A DNA stretch of 64,000 nt from the NCBI RefSeq assembly GCF_044324875.1, contig NZ_CP172185.1; one strand, written 5' to 3'. This stretch comes from Escherichia coli. Its GTDB lineage: Bacteria > Pseudomonadota > Gammaproteobacteria > Enterobacterales > Enterobacteriaceae. The notes below the pieces were generated by a model that saw only the letters and a list, made by a program, of their open reading frames with translations, was not told the DNA's origin and did not search any database. How positions within the stretch are numbered: the first letter of the stretch is position 1; every line of letters begins with the position of its first letter. This document shows positions 33,181 through 42,791 of this stretch, piece after piece. The translations under genes were made by a program, and so were the position numbers.

Positions 33181-33630
33181 TCAGAACCGTGAAATTATCT
33201 TTTTTATTTCCTCCACATTGCGAGCCTGATGCAATTCATGTAAATCTTTTTCGCTGGAGAATAACTCAGCCAGTGCAGATATCATTTCGATATGACTGTG
33301 TTTGTCTGGTGCGGCAAGTAAAATGATAACATCTACAGGATCAAATTCCTCTGTATGAAAACTGACACCTTCTTCAAGTTTTAATAATGATAAACCTAAT
33401 CCTTTTGCCCCTTCTTCTGGTCGGGCATGCGGCATGGCCAGCCCGGGTGCCAGGACATAATAAGGCCCCAGTTTTTCATGTTGTGTCTTTATCGCACTGA
33501 GATAATCCGTCGTAATTATCTCTGCATCCAGTAACGGTCTGGCACAGATATCTAATGCCTGCTGCCAGGTTGCGGCATTCTTTCGTAATGCGATTGTTGA
33601 ATCAGAAAGCCAGATATTAAGCACTCCCAC
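33181..33630 (-). CDS. PTS EIIA (mannitol/fructose-type EIIA fold, UlaC-like)
   Basis: 149 aa with the conserved His region (AMPHARP). Confidence 0.75.
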   Translation of the reverse strand: MGVLNIWLSDSTIALRKNAATWQQALDICARPLLDAEIITTDYLSAIKTQHEKLGPYYVLAPGLAMPHARPEEGAKGLGLSLLKLEEGVSFHTEEFDPVDVIILLAAPDKHSHIEMISALAELFSSEKDLHELHQARNVEEIKKIISRF

Positions 33631-33881
33631 CCCCTAATTTCTTATTTATATGACCAGAATGTATTCAAGTAACGACGGTATATCTGCGATCAATATCACA
33701 AAGATAGCGCTATCAGGAGGTATTGTTCGAATTTGTGATAGCGCTATCAAAATAGATTTCACTGATTAAATCCAGACTTATGGCAGATATTAAGAGGTAT
33801 ACTCTGCTACTGGCAGTGCAGGAAGCCGTTGATGATAAGTAATAAAAGATCTCCATATGTAGTCGCTGAGCAGGATTTTGT

Positions 33882-34901
33882 ATGGCAATAACCCGAAAAC
33901 GTCGTAGTACAGGTAAAGTCACTATTGCTGATGTCGCGCAACTCGCGGGAGTTGGCACAATGACTGTATCCAGAGCGTTACGCACTCCCGAACAAGTTTC
34001 AGATAAATTGAGGGAGAAGATTGAAGCCGCAGTTAATGAATTAGGGTATATGCCCAACCTCACTGCAAGCGCACTGGCATCGGCATCTTCACACACGATC
34101 GCAATGGTCGTGCCAAACCTGGCTGAAGCGGGATGCACGGAAATGTTTGCCGGGCTGCAACATGTGCTACAACCAGCGGGGTATCAAATAATCCTGGCTG
34201 AGTCACGCCATCGTCTGGAACAAGAAGAAAAACTGCTGGAAACCCTGCTGGCTTCTAATATCGCTGCAGCAATTTTGCTTAGTGTTGAGCATAATAGTAC
34301 CGTGCGTCACTTGCTCAAAAATGCCTCGATTCCTGTTATAGAAATCGGTGCCATTCGTACTGATCCGATAGATATCAACATTGGTATTGATAATGTTGCA
34401 GCAATGTTCGAGCTGACGGATATGCTGGTACAACGTGGTTATCAGAATATCGGTTTGCTATGCGCTAACCAGGAACAGTGGATCTTTCAGCAGCATTTAC
34501 AGGGATGGTATAAAGCTATGTTACGCCATCATATGTCTCCCAACCGTGTTATTAACGCTGCTCTGCCACCTGTTTTTTCCACCGGAGCATCACAACTACC
34601 GGAATTTTTGCTCGCATGGCCGGAACTGGATGCCCTGGTATGTGTGTCAGATGAGTTAGCCTGCGGTGTTCTCTATGAATGTCAACGAAGACGGATCAAA
34701 GTTCCAGACGAGCTCGCCGTAGTAGGATTTGGTGACAGTGACGTCAGCAAAGTTTGCCAACCATCATTAACAACAATGGCCGTTCCTCACAGGAAAATTG
34801 GTCTGGAAGCAGGAAATGTTTTGCTGGAACGAATTAAAGAAGGTAACTGGAGCAATCAGATATTCATTGAGCCCTGTTTATGTTTACGTGAAAGCTGCTG
34901 A
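33882..34901 (+). CDS. LacI-family transcriptional regulator
   Basis: N-terminal HTH (VTIADVAQLAGVGTMTVSRALR) and a periplasmic-binding-fold effector domain. Confidence 0.85.
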   Translation: MAITRKRRSTGKVTIADVAQLAGVGTMTVSRALRTPEQVSDKLREKIEAAVNELGYMPNLTASALASASSHTIAMVVPNLAEAGCTEMFAGLQHVLQPAGYQIILAESRHRLEQEEKLLETLLASNIAAAILLSVEHNSTVRHLLKNASIPVIEIGAIRTDPIDINIGIDNVAAMFELTDMLVQRGYQNIGLLCANQEQWIFQQHLQGWYKAMLRHHMSPNRVINAALPPVFSTGASQLPEFLLAWPELDALVCVSDELACGVLYECQRRRIKVPDELAVVGFGDSDVSKVCQPSLTTMAVPHRKIGLEAGNVLLERIKEGNWSNQIFIEPCLCLRESC

Positions 34902-35493
34902 AGCTGGGGGACTGGTATCTTTCAGCTCACTGATTTTGTTGCTGAACCTGATATATCCTTCGGTTTTCCACAACCAGGGGAAGGGTGTCATCATAAGGCG
35001 TGATGACACCCTGAATTCCCATCCTGTATCTGCAGAAAATTTTTCGTAAATAAATTAATTTAATAACTAAAAAGAAAATACAATAAGCAAAATATCAATT
35101 ACAGCATGTTCGTTTGTTTAAAGAACCTGCTGGTCCTGCCATTAATATTACCTGCTGATTGCTTCACATCCGGATTCCTCGCACTGCGCGCGGGTTATTG
35201 TTTCGTTTTCGGCCACGGGGTCGCCAGGGCTCTGTTTGCAGGCCATGATGGCCTGACCTGTACTGTTTCTCAGGCACTGAGATGTCCGTTTACGCCATTT
35301 GTTCCCGGATATCCTTAACCTCTGACGTTTGTTCCCTGCCCCTCTGTCTGATAACGAATACGCTCACAACGCACAGTACTGAACAATACCGACAACAACA
35401 TGTCTTACATGAAATTCGCTGTAACATCCACCGGAAAACATTTTCAGATATCGGATGAGGTACTACTTCCATTGACAGCGCGAGGTAACAAAA

Positions 35494-36005
35494 TTGATGG
35501 TAACTCTGACCATTAACCGTAAACCGCAGGGTATTTTCAGTAAATCACCGGCAACGCCGCTGCAGGATAAAACGGACACAGCATACAAAATGAAGGCCGG
35601 TGACCAGATACCACAGTTGAACGATAAACAGAAACCTGCTGATAAAACACCGTGGCGACATGACAAAACGCCAGAGCAAAAACCGTAAGCGCATTATTCG
35701 TCTTGTGGAACTCTGGCCTGAGTCATTCAACCGGGAAAAAAACAAAACCACTTAAAGTGGGGATACCTGACGACCTGATACAGGATATCGCCATCCGAGA
35801 ACTGGCGTTTGGCGCTGGTACATTACATGCAGCAGTGGCGTCTTATGTGCAGTCTCCGTGCTATTACCGTGCGTTAATAGCAGGTGGCGCCCGTTACAAC
35901 CTGAACGGTCAGCCGTGCGGGGAAGTGACACCACAGGAACAGAAAGAGGCAGAGACCCGTTTAATGATGCTGAATGACCGACGAAAAGACAGAAAACCTC
36001 GTTGA
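35494..36005 (+). pseudogene. FinO/ProQ-family RNA chaperone gene disrupted by two frameshifts in A-runs
   Basis: Three frames concatenate to a FinO-like protein: frame 1 MMVTLTINRKPQG... resembles the FinO N-terminus; frame 2 MTKRQSKNRKRIIRLVELWPESF resembles FinO LKPWWPGLF; frame 3 KPLKVGIPDDL...YNLNGQPCGEVTPQEQKEAETRL resembles ProQ PLKIGIFQDLV...VDLDGNPCGEL. Shifts are at about 35650-35690 and in the A7 run 35736-35742. Confidence 0.6.
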
Positions 36006-36022
36006 CTGCACAACAGCGCTGT

Positions 36023-36619
36023 TCACTGAGCTGTAATCAATGTACAGCGCTGTACCGGGCGATGGGTAATACCGGTCACAACCGGTAACCCCAGAGACAA
36101 TGCAACTGTTTTTAACGCAATATACTGGCCGGATGTATCACCCCGGGCAGCCTGAAAACACCTTTCCACCCGGCATTGTCCGTCAGCACTTATCACCCGC
36201 CATGTCTGTTGCAATAAATCCACCCGTTGCGAACATTCTTCATCAACCGTGGCACTGACCCGTGGATGGCAAATGCTCGTCTGGCTGAGCAGCAACAGGC
36301 ATCGCATTGTTGCTCCTCCATGTTGTTCCCGCAACCAGCGTAATACCACCGGTGGTGCTGGACTGGCCGTGTGATTACGTTCAGTAATACGCTCGTGCAC
36401 CTGTCGGTAAAAGGAAGTACAGAATGCATGAATCTGTTGTCCGTTGATGTTTCCTTCTGCCGAATGGAGCGTGAAGTGAAATGCCAACAGATTTGGCCAG
36501 TGGTCCACCGCCTGCTGAACAAAACGCCGGATTTCCCCCGGCGCTGAAAGTAAGGCTTCGGTTATTTGCACTATTTTATCCCCGTTGAATTTTGTTAAGC
36601 CGGTGCAGACCAGACACAC
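36023..36619 (-). CDS. YagK/YfjJ-family (inovirus Gp2-like) island protein, paralog 3
   Basis: 198 aa; shares a block with 37154..37756 (WPNLLAFHFTLHS... vs ...YHVVLCVRQEY). Family call is from memory of CP4-57/CP4-6 gene content. Confidence 0.5.
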   Translation of the reverse strand: MCLVCTGLTKFNGDKIVQITEALLSAPGEIRRFVQQAVDHWPNLLAFHFTLHSAEGNINGQQIHAFCTSFYRQVHERITERNHTASPAPPVVLRWLREQHGGATMRCLLLLSQTSICHPRVSATVDEECSQRVDLLQQTWRVISADGQCRVERCFQAARGDTSGQYIALKTVALSLGLPVVTGITHRPVQRCTLITAQ

Positions 36620-36848
36620 GGAAAGCGCACATCGACACCGGCACGGTACGATACAAACACCAGTGACTGGCGGGACGAAGGGAATGACGAATCAGTCAGG
36701 AAATGATGACAAACAGTTGGCTGGCCAGAGGGTGCCAGCAGAAAGATGAGCGGGAGTTGTCAGCGCCAGCACCAGGGACAGGGCTGATTTCCACAATACC
36801 AGCGCCGGCATTTCGCACATTGCCAGCGTACTGGCATTACAACACGTT

Positions 36849-37085
36849 TCATGCTGCTGCTCCTCGTGATTCCTCAATTCGCTGCTGCATCCACTGCTCC
36901 ACTTCACTTTTGTACCAGCGGCTGCTGCGCCCCAGTTTGATGGGTTTAGGGAAATGGCCTTCACTGATCAGCTTGTAAAACCATTTGTCGGTCATACCAG
37001 TGAAGCTGGTGATGTAGTTCATGTCGATCAGGGGATCGTCGGCACGCAGCAATACGCTGTCGTGACCTGTCATTGAGGTCAACAT
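36849..37085 (-). CDS. alpA: AlpA-family prophage transcriptional regulator
   Basis: 78 aa with WFYKLISEGHFPKPIKLGRSSRWYKSEVEQWM, the AlpA/MerR-like excisionase-type HTH. Confidence 0.75.
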   Translation of the reverse strand: MLTSMTGHDSVLLRADDPLIDMNYITSFTGMTDKWFYKLISEGHFPKPIKLGRSSRWYKSEVEQWMQQRIEESRGAAA

Positions 37086-37153
37086 GGTCAGAATGTCCTC
37101 TGTGAGATTTATGAATGTTGGGCAAATGCGGGTGAATCTGCTGAGCTGAGCTT

Positions 37154-37756
37154 TCAGAGCTGGCCTGCTACGGGATACCAGGGATTACCGGCGAGGTAAC
37201 GGGCTTCCGGATCGCGCACACCACGACGATCGCGGGCGAAATCACTGAACGCCCATATCAGCTCTTTGAGTCTCTCTTCGCAGTCCGGTGAACAACTGTC
37301 CAGCACCACATCCCGGGTTATCTGTTTCTGGTACGGTGCTGCTTCACCCGGTGACGCGAAGCCCAGTACGTTGCTCCAGGCATCCAGAATCAACCGGTCC
37401 AGCTCAGGGCCGTCGAAATATTCCTGTCTGACGCACAGCACCACGTGGTATTCCGGTTTTTCAGGATGACGGGTCAGGAGCCAGCAGAGGTCGCGTCCGG
37501 GGGTTGCATTCATCAGCGCACTGACGGTTTCGATAAAGGCCATACCGAACCAGGTTTTTCTGTCGCTGAAGATGTTGCCATGTTCCCCCGGCAGACGAAG
37601 CAGGATCCGCCGTATCCTGGAGCCGGACTGCTCGCGCAACACACGGTTGAGAACGCCGATGATTTTGTTCTGATAAGATGGCCAGAAGGGCGCCATGCTA
37701 TAGTCGAAATAAGGGATAGCATTCATAAGATATGTTCCGTTATACGCAGCCCACAA
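37154..37756 (-). CDS. YagK/YfjJ-family island protein, paralog 2
   Basis: 200 aa; conserved hydrophobic core with 38083..38814 (RVDLRFPEY / HYHVILLL vs RILLRLPGEH / YHVVLCV). Confidence 0.55.
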   Translation of the reverse strand: MWAAYNGTYLMNAIPYFDYSMAPFWPSYQNKIIGVLNRVLREQSGSRIRRILLRLPGEHGNIFSDRKTWFGMAFIETVSALMNATPGRDLCWLLTRHPEKPEYHVVLCVRQEYFDGPELDRLILDAWSNVLGFASPGEAAPYQKQITRDVVLDSCSPDCEERLKELIWAFSDFARDRRGVRDPEARYLAGNPWYPVAGQL

Positions 37757-38082
37757 CGCGTCCTGCCCGTGGATGCGCTGACGTGTTATGGCTTGCGTAT
37801 GGGGTTGATGGAATAAGTGAAAAACCGCGGCAGAACGGGAAGATCAGGTAACCGACAAGGGACAGAACACCGGATGCAGGTTCAGAATGAATGATCTCCG
37901 TTGACTTCGGTTCACATCATTAAGCAGGACAGTAAGGTTTTACCGACGGAGTGTTTCCAGGAGCGAAAGCAGAGAAAAATACCGTTGCATGACTTCAGGA
38001 CGACTTTTTCAGAAAACGAGCTAAGGGCGTCAGCCAACGTCCTGTAGCATAAGCTCAGGCACCGGATGTCGTTTTACAGGGC

Positions 38083-38814
38083 TCACCTGCCATCCAGCAG
38101 ACGCCCCGGCCCACGACTGCAACCATAATTACGTTGCCCGGAACCGTCATGCTGCTTCGTCTCATATTTCACGAGATAACTGGCTCTGTTCCGGGCTTTC
38201 TGCAGCGCTTCCACATCACCACGCTTGATCCAGAGAACAGCGGCTTCACCCGGCTTTTTTTCTGAAGCCTTCCTGGTATCAGAACATCCACCCGACAAAG
38301 GCGTGTCATCGGAAGAAGGGCGAGCATCAGACGATGCTGGTTTACGGGAAGGCGTCCACCTGGAAAAATGGACCAGGCCATCGCCTTGCCAGGCCTCAAG
38401 ATGCAGGGCGCTGCACCATGCCTCCAGGATCATCGTCGCCAGCGAAGATGGTTCGCTGAAATCCCCTGGCGAGCACCAGGTATCTTTGTTGAGCAGCAAT
38501 ATCACGTGATAATGTTTCCTGCCTTTTTCCTTGCCAAACTCCCGACACCAGAAATAACGCAGAGTGGTTGCACGCACACGCTTGTTGGCACGTCGTTTTT
38601 TCCGCTGGTAAGCCTGGATTTTGGCTTTCAGGGATTCGAAAAAACGAGAAATCACCGCTGAATCCGGATCGGGATCCATGATGGTGACAGGCATATACTC
38701 AGGGAAACGTAAATCCACCCGGATTAACGAGACGGCACGGTGCTGCGACAGGGCACTGTCGAGAAGGCTGTCAAAACGGGATAACCAGTAAGCATTGTGT
38801 ATTGGTTGATTCAT
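38083..38814 (-). CDS. YagK/YfjJ-family island protein, paralog 1
   Basis: 243 aa with the same fold signatures. Confidence 0.55.
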   Translation of the reverse strand: MNQPIHNAYWLSRFDSLLDSALSQHRAVSLIRVDLRFPEYMPVTIMDPDPDSAVISRFFESLKAKIQAYQRKKRRANKRVRATTLRYFWCREFGKEKGRKHYHVILLLNKDTWCSPGDFSEPSSLATMILEAWCSALHLEAWQGDGLVHFSRWTPSRKPASSDARPSSDDTPLSGGCSDTRKASEKKPGEAAVLWIKRGDVEALQKARNRASYLVKYETKQHDGSGQRNYGCSRGPGRLLDGR

Positions 38815-38899
38815 GATGAGAGATCTCCGTTGATTTGGATTGACTTCACATCATTAATCACCGCGGTAAAACTTTACGGCATCATGTCATTAAGCAATG

Positions 38900-40390
38900 C
38901 TACAACTCTCTGATTAAGAGTGATTGAAACGGAACAAACCATCCCGGAACGAAAAGATAATCCTGCACACAGCAGCAAAACACGCAACAACAGCATGAAT
39001 GGATTTAAAAACGACATGGACGACGAGAAAAGCCTGAAGGGAAAAGGATCCACAGAACATTCGAACAAAACACCAGAAACGCAACCAGAACGCTTCCTGG
39101 CAATGCAAATCAACAACAACGCCAAAACCTACAGCTTAATCACACAACTCAATCACGAATGCGAATGACACGTTTAAAACCTGTTTACAGATAACGCCGT
39201 AACACGATCATCCCCATCACCATCAGAATCGATTTTCTCATCCCGAAAATGTTACGTTTCACTACGCACCATAAAAACGATTAACCATCGATAACGTAAA
39301 TCTCATCTGAATCAAAAAACCAAAACCAATCATCACACTTTCGCAATGCAAGAAGAAAAACCACATCATGACGAAAACAATGACCTTACATGAAAAAGCA
39401 AAACGTCAGGAATCGTTAATGCCTCAATCTGATTGTTATCAAAACATCCAGAAAGTCGTTTAACAGAATCGTCGTAAGCACATCGAAAAGAACGTCAGAT
39501 CACCTCAGGAAAGTTCGGGTTGATTTAGCGTAAAGATACTTTTCTCAGCTTAACGTCGAAACACAAACCAAAAACCACAAACAACCAAAGCTCAGGAAAG
39601 GTTAAACGTCACATCAGTAAAATCGAATAGCAGATTGATTGCTTAAACAGGAAAGATTGTTTTACAGCAGCATTAAACTGATTTAGTTAACGTAAAATCA
39701 GAACTGACAGGTTTACTAACTTGGATGTGTATCAGTTCAAAAATGTGTACAGCAATGCGTAATGAAACACATTTAAAGGAGATTAATGGGAAAAGTGTGT
39801 AAATGCGTAAACATGCACTAATGAATCACTGAAGGAATACATACAAAACGACTTAATGAAAACATAAAAGGACCTAATGGAAAAGGTGTATATAATACCA
39901 TATCCGACATTCTCAACATCTTAAGACATCCATGCAGACTGAATGTTGGTTTCAGTTTTTCACGGTAAGCATGAATCTTTTCTGTTCAAAAGCAGAGCAG
40001 ATTTACTCTGGAATTATTTTTCTTACTCCGTATTCTGTACAGCAAAAACTTGTGCTAACTTTACAGCAAACCATCATAATCAGCGTCTGTAGTCCCATCG
40101 CTTTACCCCATGAAAGTGAATCCATATGATGTGAGAGAGATAAGTCATCGTATCCGGTAAACACTGCTTACTATAACATAAGATCATTCAGTCAGTTTTA
40201 TCTCTGAACTGACGATTATGGCATGCTCATTTATATGGCTCACAGAGGAGTGTTATTATCCGTAAGCTTTAATCATCAAATCACATGACCATACCAAACT
40301 GGCGCTATATCAGCTCATTTGACGCTCATTCCCTTTAGATTTCTTTATGTGTTTTTTGTCGATAATTAAAATGTAATATAAATTTAATAT
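38900..40390. other. 1.5-kb ORF-free tract with strong strand compositional skew (plus strand A/C-rich, T-poor; minus strand G/U-rich)
   Basis: The largest ORF in six frames is 83 aa. The 38920-39180 segment is about 45% A and 12% T on the plus strand. Short recurring motifs are present (taatggRaaaRgtgt; ggttttggtttt on minus). Confidence 0.5.
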
Positions 40391-40397
40391 TTTCACA

Positions 40398-41621
40398 TCA
40401 TAAACACCATTTAAAACCATCATCCTGAACATCATACAACAATATATTTTTACTAAAGCATGAATTGTATATTTCTATTAATTCAGGAAAATTATCAGGA
40501 TTCACCTTTAAATTCAACTGAATGTTACACTTAATTTCACTCAGCAGTTCTTCATGCGTGGATTTTATTATCCCTTTATCATAATCTATAAATACACACA
40601 TGTTTTTCATGAATTCAAACCCTTTTCCTGTATACAGTTTGATGAATGCCACAAGAGCAAACATTTCAAGATGCAGCCATAATGCCACGTGAGTTTTTCG
40701 CAAAGTATAAAAAATTGAATTCGCCACTTTTTTACTTATTGCTCTTTTGTACTGTGAGTGCGCCAGATTCAGTAGTGGCAATTCTCTCTCGATAAATGAA
40801 AGTGAAAAAGGCGGGTAAATTGATGTCGGAAATATTTCAGGTCTTATGATATTTTCGATTTCCACCATAAATCTATCCATAGAACGAAAATCATTTTCTT
40901 TTTTTATTCTGGTATAGAGACCGCCTTTATTCCTTACTGCGACTTTTTTTCGTGCTATCCCCCCCAACATTTCCTCTAATTGTTTATTTATCTTCGTATC
41001 ATTAAATACAACCATTCTTCTTATCATCCTGGGAAGGATGATAATATCAGAGCTTGAATCACTTGAACGGCAATTATTATTGATCCATGCAACTTCAAGT
41101 TGAAGTATCGGAACATTAAATTCTCTGGGGTTAATAACTCTCTGATATTGTTTTTTGTATGCGTTTTCATTAAGATATTCTCTGCTGTAGAGAAACTTAT
41201 AGCAATATAATCTGACAATATCCTTTATGTAAGATTTAAATGAGTCACCTGTAACAGATATATTTTTTCTTCTCAGTAACTCCTGTGTATTGAGCCATTC
41301 CCGTGACCGGAGTACTCCATTATGAAGACTTTTTCTTACTTGCTTTGAATTGCGCAATTGATGTAATATTTTTGCGTCCTCAACAATTCTCTTTCCCGTT
41401 TGATTTCTTGCAGCATCTATTACTCTGTCAAATATCTCCCGGTCCAGACTTTTGTCATATTTACTGATTATACGACAAATATTCCTGACCCGACGGTTCT
41501 CTTTATTTCGTTTCCATAACTGATAATGATCATCACATAACCTCAGGGCATTTGCCTCATCAAATTCTGAAACAGGATTGCTGCATTTTTTATTCCGACA
41601 GATACCTTTGTTTTTAGCCAT
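40398..41621 (-). CDS. Hypothetical 407-aa protein, low GC (about 30%), N-terminal Cys/His cluster; no recognisable family
   Basis: Uninterrupted ORF in AT-rich DNA within a 50% GC island. Has a C8-x4-C13...C29-x2-H32 zinc-ribbon-like motif and is K/R/N-rich. Divergent from the YeeP-like GTPase gene. Confidence 0.6.
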   Translation of the reverse strand: MAKNKGICRNKKCSNPVSEFDEANALRLCDDHYQLWKRNKENRRVRNICRIISKYDKSLDREIFDRVIDAARNQTGKRIVEDAKILHQLRNSKQVRKSLHNGVLRSREWLNTQELLRRKNISVTGDSFKSYIKDIVRLYCYKFLYSREYLNENAYKKQYQRVINPREFNVPILQLEVAWINNNCRSSDSSSDIIILPRMIRRMVVFNDTKINKQLEEMLGGIARKKVAVRNKGGLYTRIKKENDFRSMDRFMVEIENIIRPEIFPTSIYPPFSLSFIERELPLLNLAHSQYKRAISKKVANSIFYTLRKTHVALWLHLEMFALVAFIKLYTGKGFEFMKNMCVFIDYDKGIIKSTHEELLSEIKCNIQLNLKVNPDNFPELIEIYNSCFSKNILLYDVQDDGFKWCL

Positions 41622-41721
41622 ACTCTTCTTCCCGTCAATGGAAAAATTTTCACGTCCATATTACCTGACTGAGAGGCCGGATTAATGTGATCCGGTTCAG
41701 TGAAATCAACAGGATAACGGT

Positions 41722-42606
41722 ATGTCATTCAGCCATTCTTCCCTCTCCGCACACGTAAAGTCACATCTGACCTTTCTTCCTGAAGAAATTCGCCAGAAAA
41801 TCCTTGAACATCTTCGCAGCGTCATTCAGTACGAACCCGTTATTGGCATTATGGGTAAATCCGGTGCCGGAAAAAGCAGCCTGTGCAATGCCATTTTTCA
41901 GTCCCGTGTCTGCGCCACGCATCCGCTGAACGGCTGCACCCGTCAGGCTCATCGTCTTACCTTTCAGCCCGGTGAACGAAGAATGACGCTGGTCGATCTG
42001 CCCGGCACTGGCGAAACACCACAGCATGATCAGGAATACCGGGCACTTTACAGTCAGTTACTGCCCGAACTGGATCTGATTATCTGGATCCTGCGGGCTG
42101 ATGAACGTGCGTATGCTGCCGACATCGCCATGCATCAGTTTTTACTGAATGAAGGTGCCGATCCCTCGCGTTTTCTGTTTGTTCTCAGCCATGCCGATCG
42201 CATCCACCCGGCTGAAGAATGGAACAACCAGAGCAGCACGCCATCCCGTCAGCAGGAACTCTCACTGGCGACGGTGACAGCCCGGGTGGCAACCCTGTTC
42301 CCTTCATCATTTCCGGTACTCCCCATAGCCGCTCCTGCCGGCTGGAATCTTCCGGCATTTGTGTCTCTGATGATCCACGCCCTGCCACCACAGGCAACCA
42401 GCGCGGTTTATTCGCATATCCGGAATGAAAAGCGCACTGCGCAGGATCAGCAACACGCACAGCAGGCTTTTGGTGACGCCATCGGCCAGAGTTTTGACGC
42501 TGCCATTGCCCGGTTCAGCTTTCCGGCCTGGATGCTGCAGCTTCTGCGCAAAGCCCGTGATCGCATTATCCGCCTGCTGATCACACTGTGGGATCGCCTG
42601 TTCTGA
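41722..42606 (+). CDS. YeeP/YfjP/YkfA-family GTPase (50S ribosome-binding GTPase-like)
   Basis: 294 aa with P-loop GIMGKSGAGKSS and DLPG switch; this family is conserved in CP4-type islands. Confidence 0.8.
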   Translation: MSFSHSSLSAHVKSHLTFLPEEIRQKILEHLRSVIQYEPVIGIMGKSGAGKSSLCNAIFQSRVCATHPLNGCTRQAHRLTFQPGERRMTLVDLPGTGETPQHDQEYRALYSQLLPELDLIIWILRADERAYAADIAMHQFLLNEGADPSRFLFVLSHADRIHPAEEWNNQSSTPSRQQELSLATVTARVATLFPSSFPVLPIAAPAGWNLPAFVSLMIHALPPQATSAVYSHIRNEKRTAQDQQHAQQAFGDAIGQSFDAAIARFSFPAWMLQLLRKARDRIIRLLITLWDRLF

Positions 42607-42716
42607 ATGTCCCCGCTTTTTGACCGGCCCCGGCGATAACCAGGAAACGCATTTCCGGTTGCGTCACCACAATGCTGAAGGGCTTCGGTAAACCCTCATT
42701 CATTTCATCCATCAGG

Positions 42717-42747
42717 CCGCGTCTTCTCCGTGAGACGCGGCTTTTTC
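42717..42747 (+). terminator. Rho-independent terminator (gccgcgtct-loop-agacgcggc + TTTTT)
   Basis: 9-bp stem and T5 downstream of the GTPase gene. Confidence 0.5.
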
Positions 42748-42791
42748 ATTGATTACGTCATTCAGTCTTAACCACTGATAAGGAGCAAAGT

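Noticed and set aside
35106-35318. 70-aa ORF and neighbours between the LacI gene and the FinO-like gene
   Set aside because: No RBS; hydrophobic low-complexity translation. The region looks like eroded non-coding island DNA, though BLASTX would be worth running.
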